Positions 37,112 through 48,526 of a stretch of DNA of 64,000 nucleotides are shown piece by piece; positions within the stretch are counted from its first letter, which is position 1, and each line of letters starts with the position of its first letter. The translations under genes and the position numbers were made by a program. Source of the stretch: Candidatus Zipacnadia bacterium (GTDB taxonomy: Bacteria; Armatimonadota; Zipacnadia; Zipacnadales; UBA5352); contig JALGVA010000003.1 of assembly GCA_029820295.1 (NCBI GenBank), positions 4,161 through 68,160 of the forward strand, given 5' to 3'. The notes below the pieces were generated by a model. The model worked only from the letters and a program-made list of their open reading frames with translations, was not told the DNA's origin and did no database searches.

Positions 37112-37140
37112 ATTGCATGGTGGGGCGATTTGTGCTACAA
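37112..37140 (+). promoter_or_regulatory. sigma70-like promoter TTGCAT-N17-TACAAT upstream of tadE-like gene
   Basis: located in a relatively AT-rich 360-nt intergenic region (contains an A8 run). Confidence 0.45.
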
Positions 37141-37227
37141 TTATGCGCGCAAACGGCATGGAGAGGAGTGCACGTGTCTGGGAGAGAGGGCACCGTGCCG
37201 GACAGAAGCCCGAACCTGCCGCGGAAC

Positions 37228-37686
37228 ATGAGCGCTTTGCGAGGCGGCACCGTGACTGTGGAGCTGGCCCTCGTCGTGCCGCTGCTCATCTTCCTCCTCT
37301 TCGGGATCCTCGAATTCGGCTTCCTCGTCAAGGACCGGGCAGAGCTGGCGGCGGCCGCACGTGAAGCGGCGCGACAGGCCGCGATCGGGTCGGTGCCCGC
37401 CCGCATCAACGCTGAGGTGGATGCCAACACCTCGACCATCAACGACGCCGAAGTCACGCGCGTCTTCCGCTTCCGAGGCTGGGACAGTGACTCCGGCACC
37501 TGGGGGGCGTGGCAGCCTCTCGTCGCCGATGGCTCCGAGAACAACGCCGAGCAGGGCGATCAGGTGCAAATCAGCCTTACCTACGGGCACCCTCTGCTGG
37601 TGCCGGGACTGATGGGCGCGATGCTCAACGCCGACGACAGCGGCCGGGTGACCATGTCGGTCTCGACGATCATGATGCGCGAGTGA
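37228..37686 (+). CDS. TadE/TadG-like pilus assembly (pseudopilin) protein
   Basis: N-terminal GGTVTVELALVVPLLIFLLFGILEFG TadE motif; 152 aa; start at MSALRG. Confidence 0.65.
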   Translation: MSALRGGTVTVELALVVPLLIFLLFGILEFGFLVKDRAELAAAAREAARQAAIGSVPARINAEVDANTSTINDAEVTRVFRFRGWDSDSGTWGAWQPLVADGSENNAEQGDQVQISLTYGHPLLVPGLMGAMLNADDSGRVTMSVSTIMMRE

Positions 37687-37856
37687 CGCGCCCGCACCCA
37701 CGCGCAGTGAGCCACGGCGTCCCGTGCAAGCGGGGCGCCGTTTCGTGTACGCTGCTGCGTGGCAGCGAGGATTGGAGGGGCGGCGAGGAGAAACTGCAGA
37801 TGCCGCGCGTCAGCATGCCGGCGCCGGTTCCGCCCGGCGCGCGAGGAGCAGTGACC

Positions 37857-38648
37857 ATGAGCCAGGCAATCCGCTACGCCGTGTTCACCAAGCCGTGGAA
37901 GACCATGCCGCTTCCGGAGCTGGCGGCGCACATCGCCGACCTGGGCTTCACCGGCGTCGAGTTCCCCATCCGCCCCGAGTTCCAGGTCGAGCCTGAGAAC
38001 GTCACCGAGGGCCTGCCCGAGGCCGCCAGGATCTTCGCCGATCACGGAGTGACCATCGAGAGCATCGCCGGGCCGACCGATGAGATGACCATCGCGGCCT
38101 GCGCCGAGGTCGGCGTGCCGATCATCCGCATCTGCCTGCCCATCGGCCCGGAGGGCTACCTCGCCACCGAGGCGCGCTATCAGCGCGAGTTCGCGGAGCT
38201 GGCGCCCGTGCTCGCCGAGTACGGTGTCGCCGTGGGCATCCAGAACCACTGCAACAACCAGGTGGGGAGCTGCCTCGGCGTCATGCGCCTGATCGCCGAC
38301 TACCCGCCTGAGCAGTTCTGCATGGTCTGGGACGCCGCGCACAATGTGCTGGCGGGCGAGATCCCCGAGCAGGCCATCGACATCTGCTGGTCGCACCTGC
38401 GCATGGTCAACCTGAAGAGCCCCTGGTGGATGCGCGCCAACGGCTTCGAGTCCGCGCGCGCTGAGTGGAGGCTCATGTGGACCACCGGCCGGCAGGGGAT
38501 CGCGCCGTGGCCGCGCGTGGTCGAGCAGCTCAAGGCGCGCGAGTGGTCCGGGCCCGTCTGCCTGACCGCGGAGTACTCCGACCACGACGCCGTGGACCGT
38601 GCCGTCGCCGATGACATCGCCTACGCCAGGGAGCTGTTCGAGGGCTGA
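37857..38648 (+). CDS. sugar phosphate isomerase/epimerase (xylose isomerase-like TIM barrel)
   Basis: 263 aa; FTGVEF, IESIAGP, GVAVGIQNHCN pattern of AP-endonuclease-2/xylose-isomerase-like TIM barrels; GAGGAG RBS. Confidence 0.75.
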   Translation: MSQAIRYAVFTKPWKTMPLPELAAHIADLGFTGVEFPIRPEFQVEPENVTEGLPEAARIFADHGVTIESIAGPTDEMTIAACAEVGVPIIRICLPIGPEGYLATEARYQREFAELAPVLAEYGVAVGIQNHCNNQVGSCLGVMRLIADYPPEQFCMVWDAAHNVLAGEIPEQAIDICWSHLRMVNLKSPWWMRANGFESARAEWRLMWTTGRQGIAPWPRVVEQLKAREWSGPVCLTAEYSDHDAVDRAVADDIAYARELFEG

Positions 38649-39847
38649 TGCCCAGCACTGAGGGCACCTATCTGGTCAACCACGCGACGCGCCCGCTGCG
38701 CTTCGGCGAGGTCAACCTGATCAACCCGCCGCGGCGCGAGCGGCGCGGGCTACCCGCGCGTGAGGGCATCCTGTGCCGAACCGTCTGCACCGGCTTCTGC
38801 GGGACCGACTGGGAGCTGATGCAGATGGGCGCACGCGGGGAGCTGACGCCCAAGTTCCCCGCCGGCCAGCAGCGGCTCATCAACGGACACGAGGGCGTCG
38901 TCTGGGTACCCGAGCAGCAGCGCTACGCGATCGTGCTCATCCGCGGCGGGGACGCGTGGGACCCGAGCCGCTTCGAGGCCGACGAGAGCTACTTCGAGTA
39001 CGGCTGCGACGGCGCCGACGGGCTGATGAGCCGCGAGGGCTATTACCATCCTGAGATGCTGCTGACCATCCCGGCCGAGCACCTGCCGCCCGGTGAGCTG
39101 CTCGCGCGGCGGCTGGCGGCGCGGCTGGTCTTCTGCGACCCGATGGCCTGCATGCTCTTCCAGCGCGAGCGCATCGAGGACCTGCTGATCGGCCACAACT
39201 GGCGGCTCTATGCCGCGCGTGGGCTCGAGCGCGAGGCGGCGATGGACTGGGCGGTCACCGACGGCTTCGCGCGCGTGGTCATCTACGGCCTGGGCGGCGC
39301 CGGCATCCTGGGTGCCATCGCCATCCGCGAGAAGTACCCGCAGGCGCGCATCGTCACCGTCGGGCGCTCGGAGCCGGGCGGCGACAGGGACGGCTTCCTC
39401 GCGAAGCACTGGCCGGGGATCGAGTACGTGCAGACCCGCGCAAGCGCACAGCAGACGGCGGATGCCATCGCGACGGCGCTGGGCGGGCGGCCGAGGGTGT
39501 TCATCGGCGCCTCGGGCAACGCAATCGAGGCCGAGATCGCCTTCGACTGCGGGCTGCTCGACAACAATGGCATCTACGCCAGCTTCAGCCTGGGCCCGCG
39601 TGTGAGCTACGACACCATGCCCTTCGGCTTCCGCAACCAGCTCATCTTCGGGGCCATCAACTTCCGGCGCGACCATATGGAGGCGGCCATCGAGCTGCTG
39701 TGCCGACTGCCGGTCGACGAGCTGGTGCGCGAGCGACTGCTCGACGACCTGGCCGCCGACCCGATCGCGTTCTACCACGACGTCTACCGGGGCCCCGACC
39801 GGCCGCTCAAGACGATGGTGGCGTGGGACCGGGAAATGATGGAGTAG
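38648..39847 (+). CDS. medium-chain dehydrogenase/reductase-like (zinc-type alcohol/sugar dehydrogenase) protein
   Basis: CTGFCGTDWE N-terminal catalytic-domain motif and GLGGAGILG Rossmann motif; start overlaps upstream stop. Confidence 0.6.
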   Translation: MPSTEGTYLVNHATRPLRFGEVNLINPPRRERRGLPAREGILCRTVCTGFCGTDWELMQMGARGELTPKFPAGQQRLINGHEGVVWVPEQQRYAIVLIRGGDAWDPSRFEADESYFEYGCDGADGLMSREGYYHPEMLLTIPAEHLPPGELLARRLAARLVFCDPMACMLFQRERIEDLLIGHNWRLYAARGLEREAAMDWAVTDGFARVVIYGLGGAGILGAIAIREKYPQARIVTVGRSEPGGDRDGFLAKHWPGIEYVQTRASAQQTADAIATALGGRPRVFIGASGNAIEAEIAFDCGLLDNNGIYASFSLGPRVSYDTMPFGFRNQLIFGAINFRRDHMEAAIELLCRLPVDELVRERLLDDLAADPIAFYHDVYRGPDRPLKTMVAWDREMME

Positions 39848-39849
39848 GG

Positions 39850-39883
39850 CCGGGAACCGGGTAACGGCAACCGGGAACGGCAG
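39850..39883. repeat. tandem heptanucleotide repeat element (reverse-complement orientation), copy 4
   Basis: ccgggaaccgggtaacggcaaccgggaacggcag 3 nt after the MDR gene stop. Confidence 0.5.
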
Positions 39884-39942
39884 ACGACATGCGGCAGTTG
39901 ACGGCGGCGGCGTGACGCAGACGTGCCGGGACATGAGGCGGA

Positions 39943-40695
39943 TTGTCCGGGAGGCGAGGGCGCATGACCGCGGCGATCGTGTTGACGCTCATCCTCAACG
40001 GTCAGCAGCCATTCATCGCGAAGCCGATCATGGCCGGGACCGATGCGCAGGGAACGCAGCGCATCGCGGTCCCGGTGCGCAATGTCTTCGAGGCCGCGGG
40101 CTTCGTGGTCGAGTACCGCGACGGGGCCGTCGATGTCACCGGCTACGCCGACCGCCTGCCTGAGGGCCGGCGCCTGGTGCGCCGAGGCAGGCTCTTCCTC
40201 GACCGGCCCGCAGTGCGCTGCGAGGAGTACACGGCGGACCTGCCCTTCCCGGTCGAGACCATCGACGGCACGCTCTATGCCCCGGCCATCGTCCTGCGCA
40301 TCATCGCCGGTGGCGACCTCTCCGCCGACCTCGACGCCGGCACATTGCGGTGGGACCTCCACGCGCCCGACGATCCGCCGACCATGTCGATCGGCGATCT
40401 GCTCGCGGACCTGCCCCGCTGGCTGCACCGGCGCGTGCGCATCGAGGGCGCCTTCGTTGGGAGCGAGGGTGATCCGGCGCATGCCACCACCAGCATCGGC
40501 GCACCCGCGCCGGGTGCATGGGCGGTCGCGGACGGGAGCGGCGCGATCTACTGCACCGACGTGATCGTCGTGAGCAGGACATTCGTGCAGGACCCGGGCC
40601 TGGAGTTCGCCCGGCGCGTGGCGGTCGAGGGCGTGGTGCGGCCGGGCTGGGGAGGACTGCCGTACCTGTCGCAGGCCGAGGCCATCCCCCTGTAG
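39943..40695 (+). CDS. hypothetical protein
   Basis: 250-aa ORF with coding-like GC3 between MDR and amidohydrolase genes; no family recognised; start uncertain. Confidence 0.4.
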   Translation: MSGRRGRMTAAIVLTLILNGQQPFIAKPIMAGTDAQGTQRIAVPVRNVFEAAGFVVEYRDGAVDVTGYADRLPEGRRLVRRGRLFLDRPAVRCEEYTADLPFPVETIDGTLYAPAIVLRIIAGGDLSADLDAGTLRWDLHAPDDPPTMSIGDLLADLPRWLHRRVRIEGAFVGSEGDPAHATTSIGAPAPGAWAVADGSGAIYCTDVIVVSRTFVQDPGLEFARRVAVEGVVRPGWGGLPYLSQAEAIPL

Positions 40696-40714
40696 AGCGA
40701 TCGGAGGCGGTTCG

Positions 40715-41557
40715 ATGCGGCTGGACGCGCACGTTCACTTCTGGCGCTACGACGAGGCCGAGTATCCGTGGATCGACGAGTCGATGGCCGCCATCCGCCG
40801 CGACTTCCTGCCGCCGGACTGGCAGGAAGTCGCCGGGCCGCTGGGCTTCGACGGGCTGATCGCGGTCCAGGCGCGCCAGACCGTCGAGGAGACCCAGTGG
40901 CTGCTCGAGCTGGCCGACGAACACCCGCAGGTCGTGGGCGTCGTCGGCTGGGCGGACCTGCGCAGCCCCGCGCTTGACGAGCAGCTCGATATCCTCGCCG
41001 ACCACACCAGGCTCGTGGGCCTCCGCCACGTGCTACAGTCCGAGCCCGATCCGAACTACATGCTCGATGATCTGTTCCTGCGCGGCATCGCGCGCGTCGG
41101 GCACCACGGCCTGGTCTACGACATCCTCATCGTCGCCCGGCAGCTCCCCGCGGCCATCGAGATGGTCGGGCACTTCCCGCGCCAGCGCTTCGTGCTCAAC
41201 CACATCGCCAAGCCCGACATCCGCGCGGGCGAGATGGAGCCGTGGGCGACGAACCTGCACCGCCTCGCCGGGCACGAGAACACGTACTGCAAGCTCTCGG
41301 GGATGGCGACCGAAAGCGACTGGGAGGGCTGGACGCCCGACGACCTGCACGCCTACCTCGATGTCGTGCTGGACGCCTTCGGCCACGAGCGGCTGATGAT
41401 CGGCTCGGACTGGCCGGTATGCCTGGTGGCGGGGAGCTACGCGCGGGTCATGGGCGTGGTGATGTCGTGGATGCACACGCTGCCCGAGGACGCCCAGCGC
41501 GGGATCCTGGGCGCGAACTGCGCGCGGGCGTACGGGGTGCAGCCCCAGACTGCATAG
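40715..41557 (+). CDS. amidohydrolase-2 family protein (lactonase-like, e.g. L-fucono-/rhamnono-lactonase type)
   Basis: MRLDAHVHFW metal-binding start, HIAKPD and IGSDWP motifs of Amidohydro_2 lactonases. Confidence 0.75.
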   Translation: MRLDAHVHFWRYDEAEYPWIDESMAAIRRDFLPPDWQEVAGPLGFDGLIAVQARQTVEETQWLLELADEHPQVVGVVGWADLRSPALDEQLDILADHTRLVGLRHVLQSEPDPNYMLDDLFLRGIARVGHHGLVYDILIVARQLPAAIEMVGHFPRQRFVLNHIAKPDIRAGEMEPWATNLHRLAGHENTYCKLSGMATESDWEGWTPDDLHAYLDVVLDAFGHERLMIGSDWPVCLVAGSYARVMGVVMSWMHTLPEDAQRGILGANCARAYGVQPQTA

Positions 41558-41734
41558 GTCGGGCTTGCAGGGCCGACGTGGTACGGCAGCCGGCCGGGAG
41601 GGCGCGCAGATCCTCCCCTCCCGAACGGCACCAAGTGGGCGCGCTGGGAAGCGCCCTCGTCCGTACGCCCCCCCCCGAGATGCAGCGCATCTCCCCGGGC
41701 CCGACCTCACCATGGGGACGCGGCTTCAGACCAG

Positions 41735-41771
41735 CCGTTCCCGGTTGCCGGTTGCCCGTTCCCGGTTCCCG
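41735..41771. repeat. tandem heptanucleotide repeat element (CGGTTGC x5), copy 5
   Basis: ccgttcccggttgccggttgcccgttcccggttcccg just upstream of the UROD-like gene stop. Confidence 0.5.
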
Positions 41772-41775
41772 TCCC

Positions 41776-42777
41776 TTACTGCTCCCGCAGCACCTCGATC
41801 ATCGCCATGATGTTCTCGGGCTTCGCGTCGCCGGGGATGGAGTGGGCGGGCGAGCAGATGTAGCCGCCGCCCTCCCCCACCTCACGCAGCAGTCGCCCCA
41901 CCTCCGCACGGACGTCGTCGGGCGTGCCGTAGGGCAGCAGCTTCTGCGTGCTCACCCCGCCCCAGAACGCCAGCCGGTCGCCATAGAGGCGCTTCATCTC
42001 GTACGGGTCCATGACCTCGGGCTGGAAGGGGTTGAAGCAGTCGAGCCCGATCTCGATCAGTTGCCCGAAGACCTCCTGCACGTGGCCGCACGAGTGGATC
42101 GAGACGAACTTGCCGGCCGCCCTGGCGGTCCCGTACATCCGCTCCAGCCGCGGCATCAGGAAGCGCTCCCACAGCGCCGGGCCCATCATCAGCCCGCGCT
42201 GGGAGCCCCAGTCGTCGCCGAAGTGCACCACATCGATGTCGAACTGCACCGCGCGTTGCACGAGCGCAACGTTGTAGTCGCAGATGCGGTCGAGCAGTTC
42301 ATCGACGAACTCCGGGGCCTCGACCATGTCCACGAACAGCGCATCCATCCCGCGCAACGTCCACGCGCGCTCGAACAGCGAGAAGCCGATGCTGAACTGG
42401 ATACACCGGTCGGTGGCGGCGGCCACCGCCTCGCCGAAGCCCTCCCAGCGCAGCGGGTCATCGGGGTCGGGCAGGCGCAGGCCGCTCAGGTCGCGCTCGG
42501 GGAGCACGCGGTTGCACACGATGCCGATGTCGCGATCAACCGAGCGGTCCCACCGTACGCCGAACTCGTCCTGCCACGTGTTCTCGTCGATCCAGCCTTC
42601 CAACGGCCCGGGCTTCGCGGCCACGCCCGCGAAGCAGTTGTCGATGAGCGCGAAGACACTGTCGCCGTAGGCCTCGACCATGGCCGCACGGGCGCGCTGG
42701 GTGAAGCCGATCTGGTAGGGGACGCGGTCGGGCTGCCGGTGGCGCAGCGCGGCGATCACGCGCTCACGGTTGGTCAT
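41776..42777 (-). CDS. uroporphyrinogen decarboxylase (URO-D) family protein (methyltransferase/decarboxylase-like)
   Basis: MTNRERVIAAL...PDRVP start typical of URO-D/MtaA family, about 333 aa; GGAGGAG RBS; the upstream 170 aa of the ORF-track ORF are R/G-rich low complexity. Confidence 0.75.
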   Translation of the reverse strand: MTNRERVIAALRHRQPDRVPYQIGFTQRARAAMVEAYGDSVFALIDNCFAGVAAKPGPLEGWIDENTWQDEFGVRWDRSVDRDIGIVCNRVLPERDLSGLRLPDPDDPLRWEGFGEAVAAATDRCIQFSIGFSLFERAWTLRGMDALFVDMVEAPEFVDELLDRICDYNVALVQRAVQFDIDVVHFGDDWGSQRGLMMGPALWERFLMPRLERMYGTARAAGKFVSIHSCGHVQEVFGQLIEIGLDCFNPFQPEVMDPYEMKRLYGDRLAFWGGVSTQKLLPYGTPDDVRAEVGRLLREVGEGGGYICSPAHSIPGDAKPENIMAMIEVLREQ

Positions 42778-42813
42778 CAAGCGGGCTGCTCCTCCGTAGC
42801 GGCAATGGGAAAC

Positions 42814-42836
42814 GGGAGGGCCGCCAGGGCCCTCCC
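42814..42836. terminator. GC-rich hairpin (GGGAGGGCC-N5-GGCCCTCCC) downstream of minus-strand secreted-protein pair
   Basis: 9-bp perfect stem; followed on minus strand by GTTTCCCATT. Confidence 0.3.
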
Positions 42837-42869
42837 GTGTGTTTCCTCGTATCTCGGGCGTTGCCTGCG

Positions 42870-43334
42870 TCAGATCGGGAACTTGATGTTCGCCGAGATG
42901 CCGACGCCGTCCACGCCTCTGATGTTGCGGGTCAGGTCGCGCCTCGTGGTGACCGGTATCAGACCGCGCCCGCGGAAGTCGCCGATGTTCAGCTCGATCT
43001 CGGCGACGGCCTCGACCTTCTGCACCTGCTGCTGGGGCCCCATCACCTGCGCGGCACCGACGGCCACGCCGGAGCCCACGCGCAGGATCGGCACCACCCT
43101 GGTAGAACCCGCGATCTGCGCCTCTTGCTGCCCGAGCAGGCCGTTGATCGCGTTGTCGATGTCGCCCGCGAACTGCTTGACCACCCAGCCGATGCCGAAG
43201 ATCTTGACCAGGTCGCCCAGCGCGCCGCCCAGATCGAGACCGCGGGCGGGCTGGGGGCCGACGGCCATGCCCAGCACGAAGGCCCACACGACCACGAGGA
43301 CGGCCACATTGCGCATCTTCGTATCCATTCTCAT
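42870..43334 (-). CDS. hypothetical secreted protein (paralog 1)
   Basis: 154 aa; signal-like MRNVAVLVVVWAFVLGMAVG; C-terminal 90 aa homologous to C-terminus of upstream neighbour. Confidence 0.5.
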   Translation of the reverse strand: MRMDTKMRNVAVLVVVWAFVLGMAVGPQPARGLDLGGALGDLVKIFGIGWVVKQFAGDIDNAINGLLGQQEAQIAGSTRVVPILRVGSGVAVGAAQVMGPQQQVQKVEAVAEIELNIGDFRGRGLIPVTTRRDLTRNIRGVDGVGISANIKFPI

Positions 43335-43355
43335 TTCTGTCGCCTCCTCGTTGGT

Positions 43356-44183
43356 CTAGAGTTCGACCTCGAGGTCGCCGAGGGCGGTCACGCCGACTTC
43401 CTGGACGCGATCCAGCCCCCCGGGCCCCGGCCGATCCGTGGTGATGGGCACGTAGACGTCGATCTCCAGGTAGTTCCTGAAGTGCGTCTCAAGCTGTGCC
43501 ACGCCCTGCACCTGAGCCACCTTGGACTCCGGGCCATTGATGCGCGCGGCGCCGATCTTGACACCTTCCAGGACACTGATGATCGGCACGATCTTGTCGG
43601 AGTACGGCTCGCTCGGGGTCCAGGTGCCCGACTGCGCCGCGCCCTCGCCGGGCGTGGCGCCCGTCGCGCCGGTGCCCGCCGGGGGCATCTCGGGTCCGGC
43701 CCCGAGTGCCATCATGATGTTGTCGCGCCACGCCTGAGCCAGGCCCATGGCGGTTGAGTCCAGCGCGGCCGCCTCCTCGGCGTTGGCCGTGACCAGAAGC
43801 TGGCCAGCGGCGCGCAGCTCGGCGTCGCCGTAGGCGCCTTCACGGACCGCCAGATCGTAGGGCGAGAAGGGCCCCGCGACCCAGCGCCGGATGCGGTCGG
43901 CGACGATCGTCGCGCGTTCGTGCGCGGTGAACCCACCGGACGCAGTGCGCATGCGGATGACTACAGTCCCGTTCACGAGCACTTCGCCGACGGGCCGGCC
44001 GCCGATCTGGGCGGCTTGGTCGGTCACGGTCGGAGACCCGTTCTCTGCCCAGGCGGGTGACGGGCCTGCTGTCGCATGCGTGCCCAGCCAGAACGCGCCA
44101 CCTGCGAGGGTGAGGACGAGGGCGGCATAGCCCACGCCTCTCCCGATTGACTTCCACCTGTCCAAACGACACCACCTCCTCAT
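43356..44183 (-). CDS. hypothetical secreted/membrane-anchored protein (paralog 2)
   Basis: 275 aa; N-terminal hydrophobic anchor GVGYAALVLTLAGGAFWLG; C-terminal segment IVPIISVLEGVKIGAARINGPESKVAQVQGVAQLE aligns with VVPILRVGSGVAVGAAQVMGPQQQVQKVEAVAEIE of paralog 1. Confidence 0.5.
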   Translation of the reverse strand: MRRWCRLDRWKSIGRGVGYAALVLTLAGGAFWLGTHATAGPSPAWAENGSPTVTDQAAQIGGRPVGEVLVNGTVVIRMRTASGGFTAHERATIVADRIRRWVAGPFSPYDLAVREGAYGDAELRAAGQLLVTANAEEAAALDSTAMGLAQAWRDNIMMALGAGPEMPPAGTGATGATPGEGAAQSGTWTPSEPYSDKIVPIISVLEGVKIGAARINGPESKVAQVQGVAQLETHFRNYLEIDVYVPITTDRPGPGGLDRVQEVGVTALGDLEVEL

Positions 44184-44377
44184 TCGACCCGCGTCAGGCA
44201 GGCCGTGCGAACGTCGTCAACGGGCCGGCAACATCCCGCTCTTCTTCGAAGATTCGGCATCCGCCGCCGAACTCCTGCACCGGCATCTTACCCGACCGGC
44301 CCGCGCACGAACCCCCAAAGGGCAACGGGCGCGTGCGGCGAATGACCAGACTCGGGAGTGAAGGGAGGTCACAGCAG

Positions 44378-45154
44378 ATGGGACGTCGGGTAACGATTGC
44401 GGTGGCGGCGCTGCTGGCGGTGAGCGCCGCATACGCGCAGCAACCCTCCTCGCGGGACGTGCTCTATCAGACATCGACCATCGGCGCCCTGCTTCAGGGC
44501 GTGTACGACGGGCGCATGACCATCGGGGATCTGCGCGCGCACGGTGATCTCGGCCTGGGCACCGTCAACGCCCTCGACGGCGAGCTGATCGTCCTCGACG
44601 GCCGGTTCCTCACGGTCGATGCCGAGGGGGCCGTGCATGAACTCGATGACGCCGCGCAGACGCCCTTTGCCGCGGTCACATGGTTCGGGGCCGACGCGGA
44701 GCAGCGCATCGAGGACGTGCCCGACCTCGCGGCGCTGCAGAGCCTCATCGACCGCATGCTGCCCACGCCGAATCTGTGCTACGCGATCCGCATCACGGGG
44801 GACTTCGGCTACGTAAGGACGCGCAGCGTGCCGCGCCAGGAGCGCCCCTACCCGCCGCTGGCCCAGGTCGTCGCGGAGCAACCGATCTTCGAGTTCGCGG
44901 AGTGCACGGGCACGCTCGTGGGCTTCCGCCTGCCGGAGTTCATCAGCGGCGTGAACGTGCCCGGCTACCACCTGCACTTCCTGACCGGGGCGCTCGACGG
45001 CGGCGGTCATCTGCTCGAGTGCCGCATCACCCAGGCGCTCATCGAGATCGATCGCACCGAAGGCCTCATGCTCGCCCTGCCCACGACTCGCGACTTCTAC
45101 GAGTGGCGCCAGGCCGGCGATGACGAGGCGACGCTGGAGGCGGTGGAGCGGTAG
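44378..45154 (+). CDS. alpha-acetolactate decarboxylase (ALDC family) with signal peptide
   Basis: DVLYQTSTIGALLQGVYDG and HLHF motifs of ALDC; start at MGRRVTIA with GGGAGG 9 nt upstream. Confidence 0.75.
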   Translation: MGRRVTIAVAALLAVSAAYAQQPSSRDVLYQTSTIGALLQGVYDGRMTIGDLRAHGDLGLGTVNALDGELIVLDGRFLTVDAEGAVHELDDAAQTPFAAVTWFGADAEQRIEDVPDLAALQSLIDRMLPTPNLCYAIRITGDFGYVRTRSVPRQERPYPPLAQVVAEQPIFEFAECTGTLVGFRLPEFISGVNVPGYHLHFLTGALDGGGHLLECRITQALIEIDRTEGLMLALPTTRDFYEWRQAGDDEATLEAVER

Positions 45155-45300
45155 CGGGCGAGGCAACCCAATGGCGACCATCACCACCGTGCACTTCGCT
45201 GGTGCCGCCGCCGTGCGCACGGCAGGCCGTCACGAGTTGCTCGCCGAAGACTTGGGTACGGAGCAACCGATCTCCTGTGCGGATGCGAGGTAGGCTGGCG

Positions 45301-47677
<2,377 letters not shown>

Positions 47678-47698
47678 TGGGATGACCGGAGGAGGGCG

Positions 47699-48403
47699 AT
47701 GGGGATGGAGGACAGGAGCGTGCACGAGTTCACCTCGGCGAAGCAGTTGAGCCGCGCCGCGGCAGCGGCCATCGCGGGCGATCTGCGTCGGGGGATGGAG
47801 CAGAGGGATGCGACCATCGCGCTGTCAGGCGGAGAGACGCCGCGAGACACCTACCGCCGGCTGGCCGATGGCGACCTGCCATGGGAGCGCATCCAGGTCT
47901 ACTGGGCCGATGAGCGCTACGTGCCACACGATTCGGGAGACAGCAACTACCGCATGGCGCGCGAGACACTGCTGGACCTGGTGCCCATCCCCGAGTGCAA
48001 CGTCCACTCGATGCCGACGGATGCGCCGCATCCGGAGGATGCGGCCGGCGCGTACGAGGAAGCGCTGTGGGATCAATTCGGCGAGGGCCTCGGCTTCGAC
48101 GTGATCGTGCTGGGCATCGGCGGTGACGGACACGTCGCCTCGCTCTTCCCCGGCTCATCGGCGCTGGGCGAGAGGGAACGCCGGGTGGTGCCATCTGAGG
48201 CGCCGGACGAGCCCAGGCAGCGCCTGACGCTCACGCTGCCCGTCATCAACGCCGCGCGCGCCGTGCACTTCCTGGTGACCGGCGCGAGCAAGCACCGAGC
48301 GCTGCGCTGCGCGCTCGATGGCGGTGATTGCCCGGCGGCGCTGGTGCAGCCGACGGGCGGCACACTCACCTGGTGGGTGGACGCAGCCGCAATGCATGGG
48401 TAG
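47699..48403 (+). CDS. pgl: 6-phosphogluconolactonase
   Basis: IALSGGETP and GIGGDGHVASLFPG motifs of Pgl/NagB family; follows zwf. Confidence 0.85.
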   Translation: MGMEDRSVHEFTSAKQLSRAAAAAIAGDLRRGMEQRDATIALSGGETPRDTYRRLADGDLPWERIQVYWADERYVPHDSGDSNYRMARETLLDLVPIPECNVHSMPTDAPHPEDAAGAYEEALWDQFGEGLGFDVIVLGIGGDGHVASLFPGSSALGERERRVVPSEAPDEPRQRLTLTLPVINAARAVHFLVTGASKHRALRCALDGGDCPAALVQPTGGTLTWWVDAAAMHG

Positions 48404-48526
48404 GTGCAGGCAGGTATGAGCCATGCGCTGGTGAAGAACCCTACGAGAGGCGTGTCGTTCGTGTGCCGCCGTACTCCGGCGGCACGCACTCTTCCAGGGG
48501 CCCGGCTGATGGTGATGGGACGGAGA

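Noticed and set aside
43356-44183. Calling the 275-aa anchored protein a CpaB/RcpC Flp-pilus assembly protein
   Set aside because: Length, the N-terminal anchor and the presence of orphan flp/tadE genes are suggestive. I cannot see definitive SAF/RcpC motifs by eye, so it is left as hypothetical and mentioned only as a hypothesis.
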